This document shows positions 1 through 10,048 of a stretch of DNA of 64,000 nt, one piece after another (positions within the stretch are counted from its first letter, which is position 1; each line of letters opens with the position of its first letter). A program made the translations under genes and the position numbers. This DNA is from Thermodesulfobacteriota bacterium (GTDB lineage Bacteria > Desulfobacterota_D > UBA1144 > Nemesobacterales > JAJCZQ01), in assembly GCA_965203965.1 (NCBI GenBank), contig CBDBDR010000017.1:480001-544000 (forward strand), written 5' to 3'. The notes under the pieces were generated by a model. It worked only from the letters and a program-made list of their open reading frames with translations. It ran no database searches and was not told the origin of the DNA.

Positions 1-1
1 G

Positions 2-166
2 GTTGGATACGAGATGAACGAGTATTTTCCCCCGGATAATATAGGGTTTATTTCTGCAACTCGTATAAGAGAATCGGTCACCGAGGGCAATGATGAATGG
101 AAAAGCCTGGTTGATTCTTCAATACAAAAAGACGTTGTAAAGTATTTGAGTGAAACGAAGGTTTAG
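2..166 (+). CDS. 3' end of a cytidyltransferase-like (NMNAT/CTP_transf family) protein, truncated by the window edge
   Basis: Manual frame-2 translation VGYEMNEYFPPDNIGFISATRIRESVTEGNDEWKSLVDSSIQKDVVKYLSETKV*; ISATRIR...W..LV resembles the C-terminal motif of HxGH nucleotidyltransferases; TAG at 164-166. Confidence 0.6.
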   Translation, partial: VGYEMNEYFPPDNIGFISATRIRESVTEGNDEWKSLVDSSIQKDVVKYLSETKV

Positions 167-179
167 TTCAACCAGACAA

Positions 180-914
180 CTAAAGACGACCGTTAATAGA
201 TAGATTTTGACTTTTCAGGGCTATATCACAAAAGCCAAATCTGATATCCTTATTTTTGTCGTAAGGGTTTTTGTAAGTTCTGAAAACATTATTACCAATA
301 ATAATATTTAGTGGTTCATTAAATATCGGACCATCAAAACATAAAGTGTGAAATTCTCCATTTTCACCACATGGGTCAACATTCTCAGGTAATCTTTCAA
401 TCACCCTTTTTGTTAGTTCTTCTCCAAGAAATGACTCACTTAGTTTAAGACTATTGATGCAGATGATAACAGCTCTATAACCAAGACTTAAAAAGTCGTT
501 AGCAAGAGTCTTCGTGTTTTTTTTCCATAAAGGGAAAACAGTTTTGATCCCATAGGGAGATAGCATATCTTCTCGGTATTTTTTCAGATCTTCTAAAAAA
601 ATATCTCCAAATGCAGCGTGCGTGTAGTTTTGAGATTTGAGATTTTGGATTTTTCCCTTCATTTTCATACCATATTCTTCCATTGAAGGGTTTTCAGGCA
701 GTTCAAGTATATCAAGTAGTATCCCTATTGATCTTGTCTGTGCTTCCAAAACTTCTCTGCGAAGGCCGTGCATTGACACCCTGTTGTAGTATGAATTAAC
801 CGTAGTTAACAGCCGATCAACATGAAACTTGTTTTCTTCAAGCAAATAATGCAATGCAAGAGTAGAATCTTTACCACTGCTCCAATTGAAATAAGTTCTG
901 TATTGATTCGGCAA
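180..914 (-). CDS. Diphthine-ammonia ligase (Dph6/MJ0570)-like PP-loop ATPase
   Basis: WSSGKDS PP-loop, FGDIFLEDL, FPLW, DPCGENGEFHT..DGPIF motifs; TTG start. Confidence 0.88.
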   Translation of the reverse strand: MPNQYRTYFNWSSGKDSTLALHYLLEENKFHVDRLLTTVNSYYNRVSMHGLRREVLEAQTRSIGILLDILELPENPSMEEYGMKMKGKIQNLKSQNYTHAAFGDIFLEDLKKYREDMLSPYGIKTVFPLWKKNTKTLANDFLSLGYRAVIICINSLKLSESFLGEELTKRVIERLPENVDPCGENGEFHTLCFDGPIFNEPLNIIIGNNVFRTYKNPYDKNKDIRFGFCDIALKSQNLSINGRL

Positions 915-930
915 GCCGCTACCTGATCAG

Positions 931-1512
931 TTAAACATATTTCAAGCCCTGTGACTTTAATACTACAAATCTTTTTTGTAGCAGGTAATAAGTGCCAAAA
1001 AGTAGCACGGAATAAAACAGATTGCCGAGAAGTGATCCTTTGTAAAAAGGTATTCCAGCCACGTAGCAATTGATCAAGCCTCCCAGATCGGGTGAGTATG
1101 TTGAACCTGAAGCCCAAACGCCAAAATTAGAAACAATGAAAAATATCAATCCCGCTCCCACACCACCAACTGCAATTTTAATGGCTGAAATATTTTTTGC
1201 GTATAAGAAACGCCCAAACAATACAATCAAGGCGTAGCTGGCATATTGCCAGTAAAAACCACTGTAAAGCAATGTAAACTCGGGATAGTGATCTGCATAA
1301 ATTACATTAATGACAAATATGTCGCTTAACCAAGTTGCAGCAATTGGAACGAGAAACGCTTTCCATCTTTTGTCAAAATGTGCAGCTCCAAGTAAGCATG
1401 TTGCTCCAAGTGGTGAAAAATTTGGCATGAGTGGCAATGCAAGACGGAAGAAAACCGCCCCTATTATTATGAGTGTCAGCACGCCAAATTTGATATTGGT
1501 GTTCCCATTCAT
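931..1512 (-). CDS. DUF6580-family putative membrane transport protein
   Basis: About 5-6 hydrophobic segments; PNFSP.GA..L.G and FF.VSNFGVW....Y.....GL..CY.AGIPF motifs. Confidence 0.75.
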   Translation of the reverse strand: MNGNTNIKFGVLTLIIIGAVFFRLALPLMPNFSPLGATCLLGAAHFDKRWKAFLVPIAATWLSDIFVINVIYADHYPEFTLLYSGFYWQYASYALIVLFGRFLYAKNISAIKIAVGGVGAGLIFFIVSNFGVWASGSTYSPDLGGLINCYVAGIPFYKGSLLGNLFYSVLLFGTYYLLQKRFVVLKSQGLKYV

Positions 1513-1523
1513 GATCCTGATCT

Positions 1524-1853
1524 CTACACTGCTTTACCCAGTGCTTTTTCTATATCACTTTTAGGCACGGCACCAACGAGTTGTTCAACTACTTCGCCGT
1601 TCTTAAACACTATTAACGTTGGTATACTCCTGATACCAAATTTCACGGAAGTTTCTGGGTTATCGTCAACGTTGATCTTACCTACTTTAAGCTTATTGGC
1701 AAAATCAGTAGATATTTCATCAACCACTGGAGCAAGAACTTTACATGGTCCGCACCAAGGTGCCCAGAAATCAACTAAAACTGGTTTCTCACTTTTTATT
1801 ACCTCTGATTCAAAACTTGCATCACTGATTTCAACTATTAATTCACTTGCCAT
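1524..1853 (-). CDS. trxA: Thioredoxin
   Basis: VLVDFWAPWCGPCK active site, SIPTL cis-Pro motif, 109 aa. Confidence 0.97.
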   Translation of the reverse strand: MASELIVEISDASFESEVIKSEKPVLVDFWAPWCGPCKVLAPVVDEISTDFANKLKVGKINVDDNPETSVKFGIRSIPTLIVFKNGEVVEQLVGAVPKSDIEKALGKAV

Positions 1854-1884
1854 AAAAAGCTCCTTTACCTGTTTTCTCGGTAAG

Positions 1885-1912
1885 AATTTATGCCTTTGAA
1901 ATTACTTGTCAA
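1885..1912 (-). promoter_or_regulatory. Putative sigma70 promoter for trxA
   Basis: Minus strand TTGACA (1912-1907), 16 nt spacer, TAAATT (1890-1885). Confidence 0.45.
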
Positions 1913-2034
1913 GTTATATGCGATTTCTTTCACGTGATGCTAAATTTTTCATTCTTGGTCAGTAAAACTAAGGATAAATTTAATCCCTACAAAAGATTAT
2001 AGTTTTTTTATTTAATTAAGTTATTTTTACAATT

Positions 2035-3090
2035 ATGAGAACATTTGCGTTGATACTGATTTTCCTTTTTTCTATTTCCCAATACGTGCAGACGCAAACC
2101 CCACCAAAAACTCCGGTTGTAGTTTCTGAAGTTATGATAAAAAATTTGAAAAGGCCTGTTTATCTGATCGGAACTGTTGAGCCAATTAGAAAGAGTTTAG
2201 TTTCAGCAATAGTTGATGAGATAGTAGTTGAATATCCTTATTCCGAAGGAGATTATGTAAAAGCTGGACAGACAATTGCACGTCAGAACACGCAAAAAAC
2301 AAAAATACTTCTGAATGAAGCGATAAACGCTAAAAGTGAATCCGATGCAGAATTAAAACTTGCTCAAGATGAATTGACAAGAACAAAAGACCTACACGAA
2401 AAGGGTATAGTTTCCGAGAGTCATTTAGACATGGTGGTTTCAAAAAGAGATGCTTTGATTGCAAGACAAAAATTACTTCAAAACAAAATTGAGCAGCTTG
2501 AATATGACATATCCAAAGCAGATATTAAGGCTCCTTTCAACGGTTACATAACAAGTGAACACAGTCAGATTGGTGAATGGCTTAAAAGAGGTGACAGTGT
2601 TATTGAACTTATAGACATTGATAACATTCGGGTTGTTGTGGAAATGCCAGAGAAATATATATCTCTGGTAAATACCAGTGATGAAGTGGAGGTAACATTG
2701 CATTCATTAGCCGATAAAGCATTTACAGGTGAAGTTGTTTCAGTGGTTCCTCAGGCTGACCAAGCGTCAAGAGCATTTCCGGTGAAAATCAAGATAAAGA
2801 ACAAAGATCATACTATAAAGTCCTCAATGTCAGCAAAAGTTGCCTTCCTTCTTGGTGAAGAAAGAAAAGTCAAATTGGTGTTAAAAGACACTATTATCAA
2901 TAACGGCGACAGTAAGACTGTTTTTGTTGTAAGAAAAAACGCTGCCCAACCGGTCAGCGTTATTACTGGTCTGTCTTATGGTGGCTTTGTAGAAGTTCAG
3001 GGTGAACTTAACGCTGGAGAGCAGGTTGTCGTCAGAGGAAATGAAAGATTATATCCTATGCAGCCCGTTGAGGTAGTTTCTTATAATTAA
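2035..3090 (+). CDS. RND efflux periplasmic adaptor (membrane fusion protein)
   Basis: N-terminal signal, EGDYVKAGQ barrel-sandwich half, coiled coil, IKAPFNG, directly upstream of RND permease. Confidence 0.92.
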   Translation: MRTFALILIFLFSISQYVQTQTPPKTPVVVSEVMIKNLKRPVYLIGTVEPIRKSLVSAIVDEIVVEYPYSEGDYVKAGQTIARQNTQKTKILLNEAINAKSESDAELKLAQDELTRTKDLHEKGIVSESHLDMVVSKRDALIARQKLLQNKIEQLEYDISKADIKAPFNGYITSEHSQIGEWLKRGDSVIELIDIDNIRVVVEMPEKYISLVNTSDEVEVTLHSLADKAFTGEVVSVVPQADQASRAFPVKIKIKNKDHTIKSSMSAKVAFLLGEERKVKLVLKDTIINNGDSKTVFVVRKNAAQPVSVITGLSYGGFVEVQGELNAGEQVVVRGNERLYPMQPVEVVSYN

Positions 3091-6000
3091 TGAAGCTAGT
3101 TGAAACATCTATAGGTCGCCCAGTAACCGTTGCCGTTGCAGTTATATTCATAATCCTGTTCGGCATTATCTCACTGTTTAGAATTCCTGTCCAATTAACC
3201 CCTGACATTGACAACCCGAAGGTTACTGTGAACACGGTTTGGAACGGTGCAAGTCCGTTTGAAGTGGAAAGCGAGATTGTCAAGAAACAGGAAGAAGAAC
3301 TAAAAAGCGTAGAGGGTCTTGTTGAGTTGACAAGTGAAAGCTCAGAGGGAAGGGGAACGGTCGTACTTGAGCTCGGAGTTGGAGCGGATCTGGATGCAAA
3401 ACTTGTTAAGATCTCAAACAGGCTTGATCAGGTTGCTGATTATCCAGATGATGCGGATAATCCTACTATAAGCAGCGTTGACACTAGATCCAACGCCATA
3501 GCATGGTTTATATTGAGAACTCTTCCGAGTAACAAGTCACACATTTATAATTACCATGATTTTGCAGATGAATTTATCAAGCCAAAACTTGAAAGGATTC
3601 CTGGAGTTGGATCATCAAACGTGCTTGGTGGCAGCGAAAGGGAAATGCAGATTGTATTCAACCCTGACGAACTTGCCGTTAGGGGTATTGGCATTGAAGA
3701 GCTTGCAAATGCCGTGAGTAGGGAAAATAAAAACTACAGTGGCGGCTCATTTGATGAAGGCAAGCGAAAATATACTGTAAGAACAATTGGGGAATACACT
3801 TCAGCAAGCGATATAGAGAATATTGTAATAAGGAACGAGAACGGGAGCCCAGTTTACGTCAGGGACGTAGCAAGGGTTGAACTTGGTTATCAAGACCCGG
3901 AATACGCAGTTAGGCAGAACGGTAATCCTGCAATTGCTATAAACGTACTCAAAGAAAGTGGGGCTAATACAATTGAGATTATAGAAGGATTACAGGAAGA
4001 GGTAAAAAGATTAAACAACGGATTGTTAAAGAATAACGGGCTTTATCTATACAATGTTTATGAAGAAGCAAGCTATATCGAAAATTCAATTGACCTTGTA
4101 AAGCAAAATTTAATTATTGGTGGATTTCTTGCTATATCCGTGTTGTTCATCTTTTTGAGAAGCGGGAGCAGTGTTTTAATAGTTGCAACTGCAATTCCAA
4201 TAAGTGTTATTGGCACGTTTGCCCTTATGGCTCTCATGGGGCGAACAATAAACATTATAAGTCTTGCAGGTATGAGTTTTGCGGTCGGAATGGTCATAGA
4301 TAACTCAATCGTCGTGCTTGAGAACGTTTACAGACACATGCAGATGGGAAAAACAAGAATGAGAGCTGCTTATGACGGCACGGTTGAGGTTTGGGGTGCC
4401 GTGTTTGCAAGTACTCTAACGACGGCAGCAGTATTTTTGCCCATAATTTTTGTTGAAGAACAGGCAGGTCAACTTTTCAGGGACATAGCAATTGCGGTAA
4501 GTGTTTCCGTTTTCTTGAGCTTATTGGTATCCATTACAGTTATACCCACGGTTGCTTCCAGTATTTTGAACATTTCTAAAAATATTGGAAAAAGCGAGAC
4601 ATACAGACCATATTTTCTTTATAAGTTTGGCAGAAATGTTTCCAGTTTAATTTCTTCAACGGTAACTCTTATAATACAAAATGTCAGGATAAAAATAGTT
4701 GTAATAATAACGTTTACGGTGGGTTCTATTCTTTTAAGTTATCTACTTATACCAAAAACAGAGTATCTTCCCACTGGTAACAGAAATCTTGTCTTTGGCA
4801 TACTCATCACGCCACCCGGATATAACGTTGATGAGTTTATAACAATAGGTCAGCAGATAGAGTCAGATTTCTCTCCACATTTTAGCCGGGATGGTAACAC
4901 TGAAACAGATAAGGGTAAGCTACCGAGGATCAAAAACTTTTTTTACATTGCAACAGATGGTCAGGTATTTATGGGAGCAGTGGCTGAAGATGAGAGAAAA
5001 GTAAAAGAGCTTATACCATTGATGCAAAGGAGCTTGTCTAAAATTCCAGGAACGTTTGCAGTGGTTACACAGGCAAGCCTATTCAGTCGTGGGCTTGGGG
5101 AAGGTAGATCTATAAAAGTCCGTGTAACAGGTGCCGATCTAAAAGAGTTGTTAAGTGCGGCACAAAGCATATTTTTTACAACTATGCAGGTGATCCCCGG
5201 TGCTCAGTTACGACCTATACCAAGTCTGGACCTGGGCAATCCGGAGCTTCAGCTTGTTACTGACAGAGAGCGAACTTCCGAAGCGGGGCTATCAAATCAG
5301 GAATTGGGGTTTCTTGTCAGAGCTATTGTAAGTGGTGCCAAAATTGAGGACTACACGATCAATGGACAGGAAATTGACCTTGTTATAAAAGGAGAAGATA
5401 AATTCAGTAGTAGAACACAGAGCATAGAGGATGTAATGATCCATACACGTAACGGAAAATTGGTAACGTTGGGATCAATGGCAAGCATCAAACTGACCAA
5501 TGGTCCTAACAGAATTGACCATTACGAAAGAGAAAGAACTATTGCAATACAGGTTAATCCACCCGAAAAAATGCCTTTGGAGACTGCAGTTGACAAAATA
5601 CATAATGAAGTTTTGATCCCTCTGAAAAAAAGTGATCAGATACGTCCAAATTTAAATGTTTTATTGACAGGCACGGCAGATAAACTCACTCAAACAAGAG
5701 AGTCACTCCAATGGAACTTTCTCCTTGCCATTGCAATCTCCTTTTTGTTAATGTCGTCATTGTTTGAGAGTTTTTTGTATCCTCTTGTAGTCATGTTTAG
5801 CGTGCCGCTCGCATCAATGGGAGGTTTTATAGGGTTAAGAGTTTTAAATCTTTTCACCTATCAATCACTTGATATCATAACCATGCTTGGGTTTGTAATT
5901 CTCATAGGTATAGTTGTAAACAACGCTATCCTTATTGTTCACCAGTCGTTGAACTTTATACGAAACGAAGGATTACTACCTGATGAGGCAATAATCCAGT

Positions 6001-6239
6001 CCGTTAATTCAAGGATCAGGCCAATTCTTATGAGCACGATGACAAGTATTTTTGGCATGATGCCCCTTGTTGTCTCTCCAGGATCAGGTTCGGAGCTATA
6101 TCGTGGACTTGGTAGTGTGATCATCGGTGGGTTGATCTTTTCAACCGTATTCACCGTGTTTTTGGTGCCATCGGTTTTCAGTCTGGTAATGAATCTACGC
6201 CGTAAAGTCCATCTGAATTCATCGCATATCTCCACTTAA
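3090..6239 (+). CDS. RND efflux permease, AcrB/AcrD/AcrF family
   Basis: 1049 aa, GMVIDNSIVVLEN, GIVVNNAIL, RIRPILMST; 1-nt stop/start overlap with adaptor gene. Confidence 0.95.
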   Translation: MKLVETSIGRPVTVAVAVIFIILFGIISLFRIPVQLTPDIDNPKVTVNTVWNGASPFEVESEIVKKQEEELKSVEGLVELTSESSEGRGTVVLELGVGADLDAKLVKISNRLDQVADYPDDADNPTISSVDTRSNAIAWFILRTLPSNKSHIYNYHDFADEFIKPKLERIPGVGSSNVLGGSEREMQIVFNPDELAVRGIGIEELANAVSRENKNYSGGSFDEGKRKYTVRTIGEYTSASDIENIVIRNENGSPVYVRDVARVELGYQDPEYAVRQNGNPAIAINVLKESGANTIEIIEGLQEEVKRLNNGLLKNNGLYLYNVYEEASYIENSIDLVKQNLIIGGFLAISVLFIFLRSGSSVLIVATAIPISVIGTFALMALMGRTINIISLAGMSFAVGMVIDNSIVVLENVYRHMQMGKTRMRAAYDGTVEVWGAVFASTLTTAAVFLPIIFVEEQAGQLFRDIAIAVSVSVFLSLLVSITVIPTVASSILNISKNIGKSETYRPYFLYKFGRNVSSLISSTVTLIIQNVRIKIVVIITFTVGSILLSYLLIPKTEYLPTGNRNLVFGILITPPGYNVDEFITIGQQIESDFSPHFSRDGNTETDKGKLPRIKNFFYIATDGQVFMGAVAEDERKVKELIPLMQRSLSKIPGTFAVVTQASLFSRGLGEGRSIKVRVTGADLKELLSAAQSIFFTTMQVIPGAQLRPIPSLDLGNPELQLVTDRERTSEAGLSNQELGFLVRAIVSGAKIEDYTINGQEIDLVIKGEDKFSSRTQSIEDVMIHTRNGKLVTLGSMASIKLTNGPNRIDHYERERTIAIQVNPPEKMPLETAVDKIHNEVLIPLKKSDQIRPNLNVLLTGTADKLTQTRESLQWNFLLAIAISFLLMSSLFESFLYPLVVMFSVPLASMGGFIGLRVLNLFTYQSLDIITMLGFVILIGIVVNNAILIVHQSLNFIRNEGLLPDEAIIQSVNSRIRPILMSTMTSIFGMMPLVVSPGSGSELYRGLGSVIIGGLIFSTVFTVFLVPSVFSLVMNLRRKVHLNSSHIST

Positions 6240-6368
6240 AATAGTCAATAAATACTTATTTATAAGCTTTTTATAACTTACTTTTTATTGACGGAACTAA
6301 CTTATTTGACTTGTAATTCATCCCTGATAATCTGCTTTTTTTGATTATCTTTTCAGGGAGCTATACCC

Positions 6369-7775
6369 ATGACCAAGCCAAAAGTGAGTTACAGAACTGA
6401 ATCTGACTCAATGGGCGAAATGAAAGTCCCCCAAAATGCCTATTATGGTGCACAAACTGCCAGAGCACTGGATAACTTTCCCATCAGCGGTATAACGATC
6501 CCAGAAGAACTTATAAAAGCTATGGGTATGGTAAAACTTGCTGCTGCCCAAACAAACGTGGAACTTGGTATCCTCAAAAAAAATATAGGTAGTGCAATAG
6601 TGAAAGCTGCAAGTGAAGTGATAGAAGGAAAACTGAATGAGCATTTTGTATTGGATATTTTTCAGACCGGTTCAGGGACTTCTACCAATATGAACGTTAA
6701 CGAGGTTATTGCCAACAGAGCAAACGAGATTCTCGGCAGTAAAACCGGAAATAATATCCGCGTTCATCCAAATGACCACGTGAACATGGGACAATCAAGC
6801 AATGATACTTTTCCTACTGCAATGCACGTATCCACACTGGTATCAATTCATAAAGACTTGATCCCTTCCTTAAAATACCTTGAAAGGGCACTCTCAAAAA
6901 AAGCTAGAAAGTTTGATAAAATATTAAAAATAGGCAGAACCCATCTTATGGATGCAACACCTCTAAGACTTGGGCAAGAATTTAGTGGTTATGCGAGCAT
7001 GATTTCACACGATATAAGGAGATTGGAGAACATAAAAACTAACCTGTCTGAACTTGCAATTGGAGGCACGGCAGTTGGAACCGGAATAAACACAAACAAG
7101 AAATTTGGCTCTAAAGTTGCCGGCAGGATCAGTAAAATGACGAGGATTCGTTTCAAAGAGGCTGAGAACCATTTTGAGGCACAAGCTTCAAAAGATTCAA
7201 TTGTTGAGGCAAGTGGGGCATTAAAAACAGTTGCGGTGAGTCTTATGAAGATTGCAAACGATGTCCGACTGCTTGGCAGCGGACCGAGATGCGGATTTGG
7301 AGAGATAATATTGCCTGCAATTCAACCGGGTTCCTCAATCATGCCGGGCAAGGTAAATCCTGTGATCGGAGAATCCGTGACACAAGTTTCAGCTCACGTG
7401 ATAGGCAATGACCTAGCAATTACAGTTGGAGGACAGGCAGGCAATTTTGAGTTGAATGTAATGATGCCCATGATGGCTCATAATATACTTGAATCTATAC
7501 AACTGCTTTCAAATGTCTCAAGGGTGTTTGTTGATAAATGTATTGATGGGATTAAAGTCAATAAAGAGCGGTGCGAGGAGATGATTGATAAAAGTCTTGC
7601 AATGTGCACAAGTCTGGCACCGATCATAGGGTATGACAAGGCATCGGCAATTGCTAAAGAAGCCTACGATACTCGCAAAACTGTCAGAGAAGTTGCAATG
7701 GAGAAGGGATTTCTATCCGAAAAACAACTCAATAAGGTGCTTGATCCATGGTCAATGACGGAGCCGTCAGAATAA
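6369..7775 (+). CDS. fumC: Class II fumarate hydratase
   Basis: RTESDSMG, QTGSGTSTNMN, HPNDHVN, GSSIMPGKVNP signature. Confidence 0.95.
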   Translation: MTKPKVSYRTESDSMGEMKVPQNAYYGAQTARALDNFPISGITIPEELIKAMGMVKLAAAQTNVELGILKKNIGSAIVKAASEVIEGKLNEHFVLDIFQTGSGTSTNMNVNEVIANRANEILGSKTGNNIRVHPNDHVNMGQSSNDTFPTAMHVSTLVSIHKDLIPSLKYLERALSKKARKFDKILKIGRTHLMDATPLRLGQEFSGYASMISHDIRRLENIKTNLSELAIGGTAVGTGINTNKKFGSKVAGRISKMTRIRFKEAENHFEAQASKDSIVEASGALKTVAVSLMKIANDVRLLGSGPRCGFGEIILPAIQPGSSIMPGKVNPVIGESVTQVSAHVIGNDLAITVGGQAGNFELNVMMPMMAHNILESIQLLSNVSRVFVDKCIDGIKVNKERCEEMIDKSLAMCTSLAPIIGYDKASAIAKEAYDTRKTVREVAMEKGFLSEKQLNKVLDPWSMTEPSE

Positions 7776-7820
7776 AATTTATTAATTAGTAAACTATAAA
7801 ATTAAAGTTAGGGGAACATA

Positions 7821-8273
7821 GTGAAAAAATATGCAATGTTTGTTTTGTTTATATTCCTGTTGATCGTATTGCCAATTGCCAGTGTTTATGCCTCTTCCAA
7901 GGACAACAGTTATAAAAGCTATACGGATATTGGCAAGTTGAAAATGTCTGACTTGACAGTCTCGAGTGTTATATCCAATTCCTCTCTTTATCACGGAAAA
8001 AATATAATAATTGACGGTAAAGTATCTGATCTGAAATACAAAAAATTTTTCAACGGTAGAAAATTCACTTTATTTAACTTGGAGGATGACAGTAACAGCA
8101 AAATAAAAGTTTATGCAAGAGGTTTTGTTAAAGAAATTGAGGATGGTTCCAAGATAAGAATTTATGGAAAATACAATAAAAAGAAGAAATTCTTATTCAA
8201 AAAATACAATAACGTTATGAAAGCAAAGAAAATACATATTCGGGAATTACATACAAAGTTATCCGATCTCTAA
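7821..8273 (+). CDS. Exported, very basic hypothetical protein, probable OB fold
   Basis: GTG start with GGGGA RBS, signal peptide, I.I.G.V...F.L.D...I.V pattern typical of OB folds. Confidence 0.6.
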   Translation: MKKYAMFVLFIFLLIVLPIASVYASSKDNSYKSYTDIGKLKMSDLTVSSVISNSSLYHGKNIIIDGKVSDLKYKKFFNGRKFTLFNLEDDSNSKIKVYARGFVKEIEDGSKIRIYGKYNKKKKFLFKKYNNVMKAKKIHIRELHTKLSDL

Positions 8274-8320
8274 TAAGGTGTTGGTTTATACTAAGTGTAT
8301 TTATTATCCAAAGATCTTCG

Positions 8321-8348
8321 GTAGGAAACACAGATCTGCGTTCCCTAC
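8321..8348. repeat. GTAG-type REP-like palindrome
   Basis: GTAGGAAACACAGATCTGCGTTCCCTAC: imperfect palindrome bounded by GTAG/CTAC, centred on CAGATCTG. Confidence 0.6.
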
Positions 8349-8498
8349 ATATTCAATAGACCTCTGAGAAATGCTATTCCTATAGAAGCAGGATCAATAG
8401 GGGTTAAGGGGAGGGCGGCTTCCCTGTTCACTACCTCGTCAGGCTCTGAATACGCCTGCTACACCTCTCTTAAAGTATATAAATAAGTCCCACATATT

Positions 8499-9968
8499 TT
8501 AGTTTTTTAGATCCTTCGATCTGTCTGAATTTATTCTGTAAATTTTTAATATCTTGTTATTCATATTTTCTACTAATTCTCTGTCAAGTACAATTTCTCT
8601 GCCAGAAGAAACTTCAAACGTTACAAAATCACTGCTGGCTGACTCAACTATATTGACCAAGTCTCTTATATTTCTGATCTCCTTTCCATTCACCTTTTTG
8701 ACTACCAAATTTTTATTCCCATGGTATCCGAGGTTTACCTCTGAAGCCAGTATCTTTACAAGAATGACAATTTCCTCATCCTCTTTTGTTTTTAAGTTAC
8801 TTTTGGCAATTGTTATCAACTCACTCGGTGCTTTATTGAGCCAGTTTCTTCCCCATTCGTTAAGATAGTTAATTGTAAGAGTTGAAAAAACCAAGCCACC
8901 GTAAATAAAATAGCTCGGCAATACATCATGCTGAAATTTTACCAAATGTGTTTCCTGAATTGGTTTGGAAAGAACAAGGCTGATATTCATTTGTTTGCCG
9001 TCTCTTAGTATTTTCAGATTCAACCTGTCATTTATCTGCTTGTTTTGAATATAATACGAATAATGAGTTCTTGCTTTATGCCTGAACTCCACCGTGCCAT
9101 TTCCTGAAATTTCTTTGTCTTCAACTGAAAGTAAAACGTCTTTTTCCATTATCTTACCTTCTGCCACTGACCCGGGTATCACTTTTATCACAAGAACTCC
9201 GGTTTGATCACCTTCTAATCCGTATTTCTTTTTTAATCCTTCGTTCTCAATGTTCTGCACTCTTACTCCCAGAGAGGGAAAACCATGGTAGTTGTCTTTT
9301 TCAATATCTTTAATGAAATGTTTGATAACAGGTGGCGGAACCATATAACCTATGTTCTGAGATCTGGTGAGTGCCTGCATTATAATTCCCACAATGACAC
9401 CATTGTTGTTTATCGCGGGACCTCCACTGTTTCCCGGATTGATAGGTGCATCTATCTGTGCTGCAAGGAATGAGAGGTTGCTATGAGCATATGGCTCGTG
9501 CTCTATACGGGAGATCACACCCTTGGTAATGCTTAGAGTATCTCCACCCTTTGGAAATCCATATACAAATACTTCTTCCTGTGTTTTTGGCAGAGAACCA
9601 ATTTGCAAAGGCTGGGTGCCCTTGAAAAATTCAGGGGATTCAACCGTTAGAATTCCCAGATCAACCTCGTGGGAAACATGAAGCACCTTCGCTGTGTATC
9701 TATTTGCCTCACCGTATCGTCTGACCTGTATCAAAGTATTGTTGGCTATAACGTGGGCATTTGTAAGTATCCTGTTGCCGGAAATTATACAACCTGAACC
9801 CGTCTGAAACCGAGCGCTGTCCATAGTCCATGGATCGGAGTAATAAGGGTTTACAACTTGGGTATAAATTTTGACTATAGAGTCTCTTGTATCGTACTCG
9901 GTCTTTGCAGACACATTAACGGTTAGAAAAAAAGTAAAGATCAGTAGAAACAAGTTAAGGATTTTCAT
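8499..9968 (-). CDS. HtrA/Deg-family serine protease with PDZ domains (Deg2-like)
   Basis: LTNAHV, DL, INPGNSGGP catalytic motifs, PDZ regions, signal peptide; ATG at 9968 preceded by GGAG is preferred over TTG at 9980. Confidence 0.92.
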   Translation of the reverse strand: MKILNLFLLIFTFFLTVNVSAKTEYDTRDSIVKIYTQVVNPYYSDPWTMDSARFQTGSGCIISGNRILTNAHVIANNTLIQVRRYGEANRYTAKVLHVSHEVDLGILTVESPEFFKGTQPLQIGSLPKTQEEVFVYGFPKGGDTLSITKGVISRIEHEPYAHSNLSFLAAQIDAPINPGNSGGPAINNNGVIVGIIMQALTRSQNIGYMVPPPVIKHFIKDIEKDNYHGFPSLGVRVQNIENEGLKKKYGLEGDQTGVLVIKVIPGSVAEGKIMEKDVLLSVEDKEISGNGTVEFRHKARTHYSYYIQNKQINDRLNLKILRDGKQMNISLVLSKPIQETHLVKFQHDVLPSYFIYGGLVFSTLTINYLNEWGRNWLNKAPSELITIAKSNLKTKEDEEIVILVKILASEVNLGYHGNKNLVVKKVNGKEIRNIRDLVNIVESASSDFVTFEVSSGREIVLDRELVENMNNKILKIYRINSDRSKDLKN

Positions 9969-10048
9969 AGAAGGCTCCAAAATGACGGGGTATTATAATC
10001 AAGATAAAGGGATTGCCAAGCGAGTTATATCTCTTGTTTGGGATGGAA

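Noticed and set aside
2200..2620. Lipoyl-like sequence in the RND adaptor (EGDYVKAGQ...IKAPFNG)
   Set aside because: This is the normal split barrel-sandwich hybrid domain of membrane fusion proteins, with no DKA lysine
8399..8472. glmS ribozyme, hammerhead, SAH riboswitch or SRP RNA
   Set aside because: Only short fragments match (TGACGAGG, CTGACGA, CAGGCTC); the other required core motifs are absent
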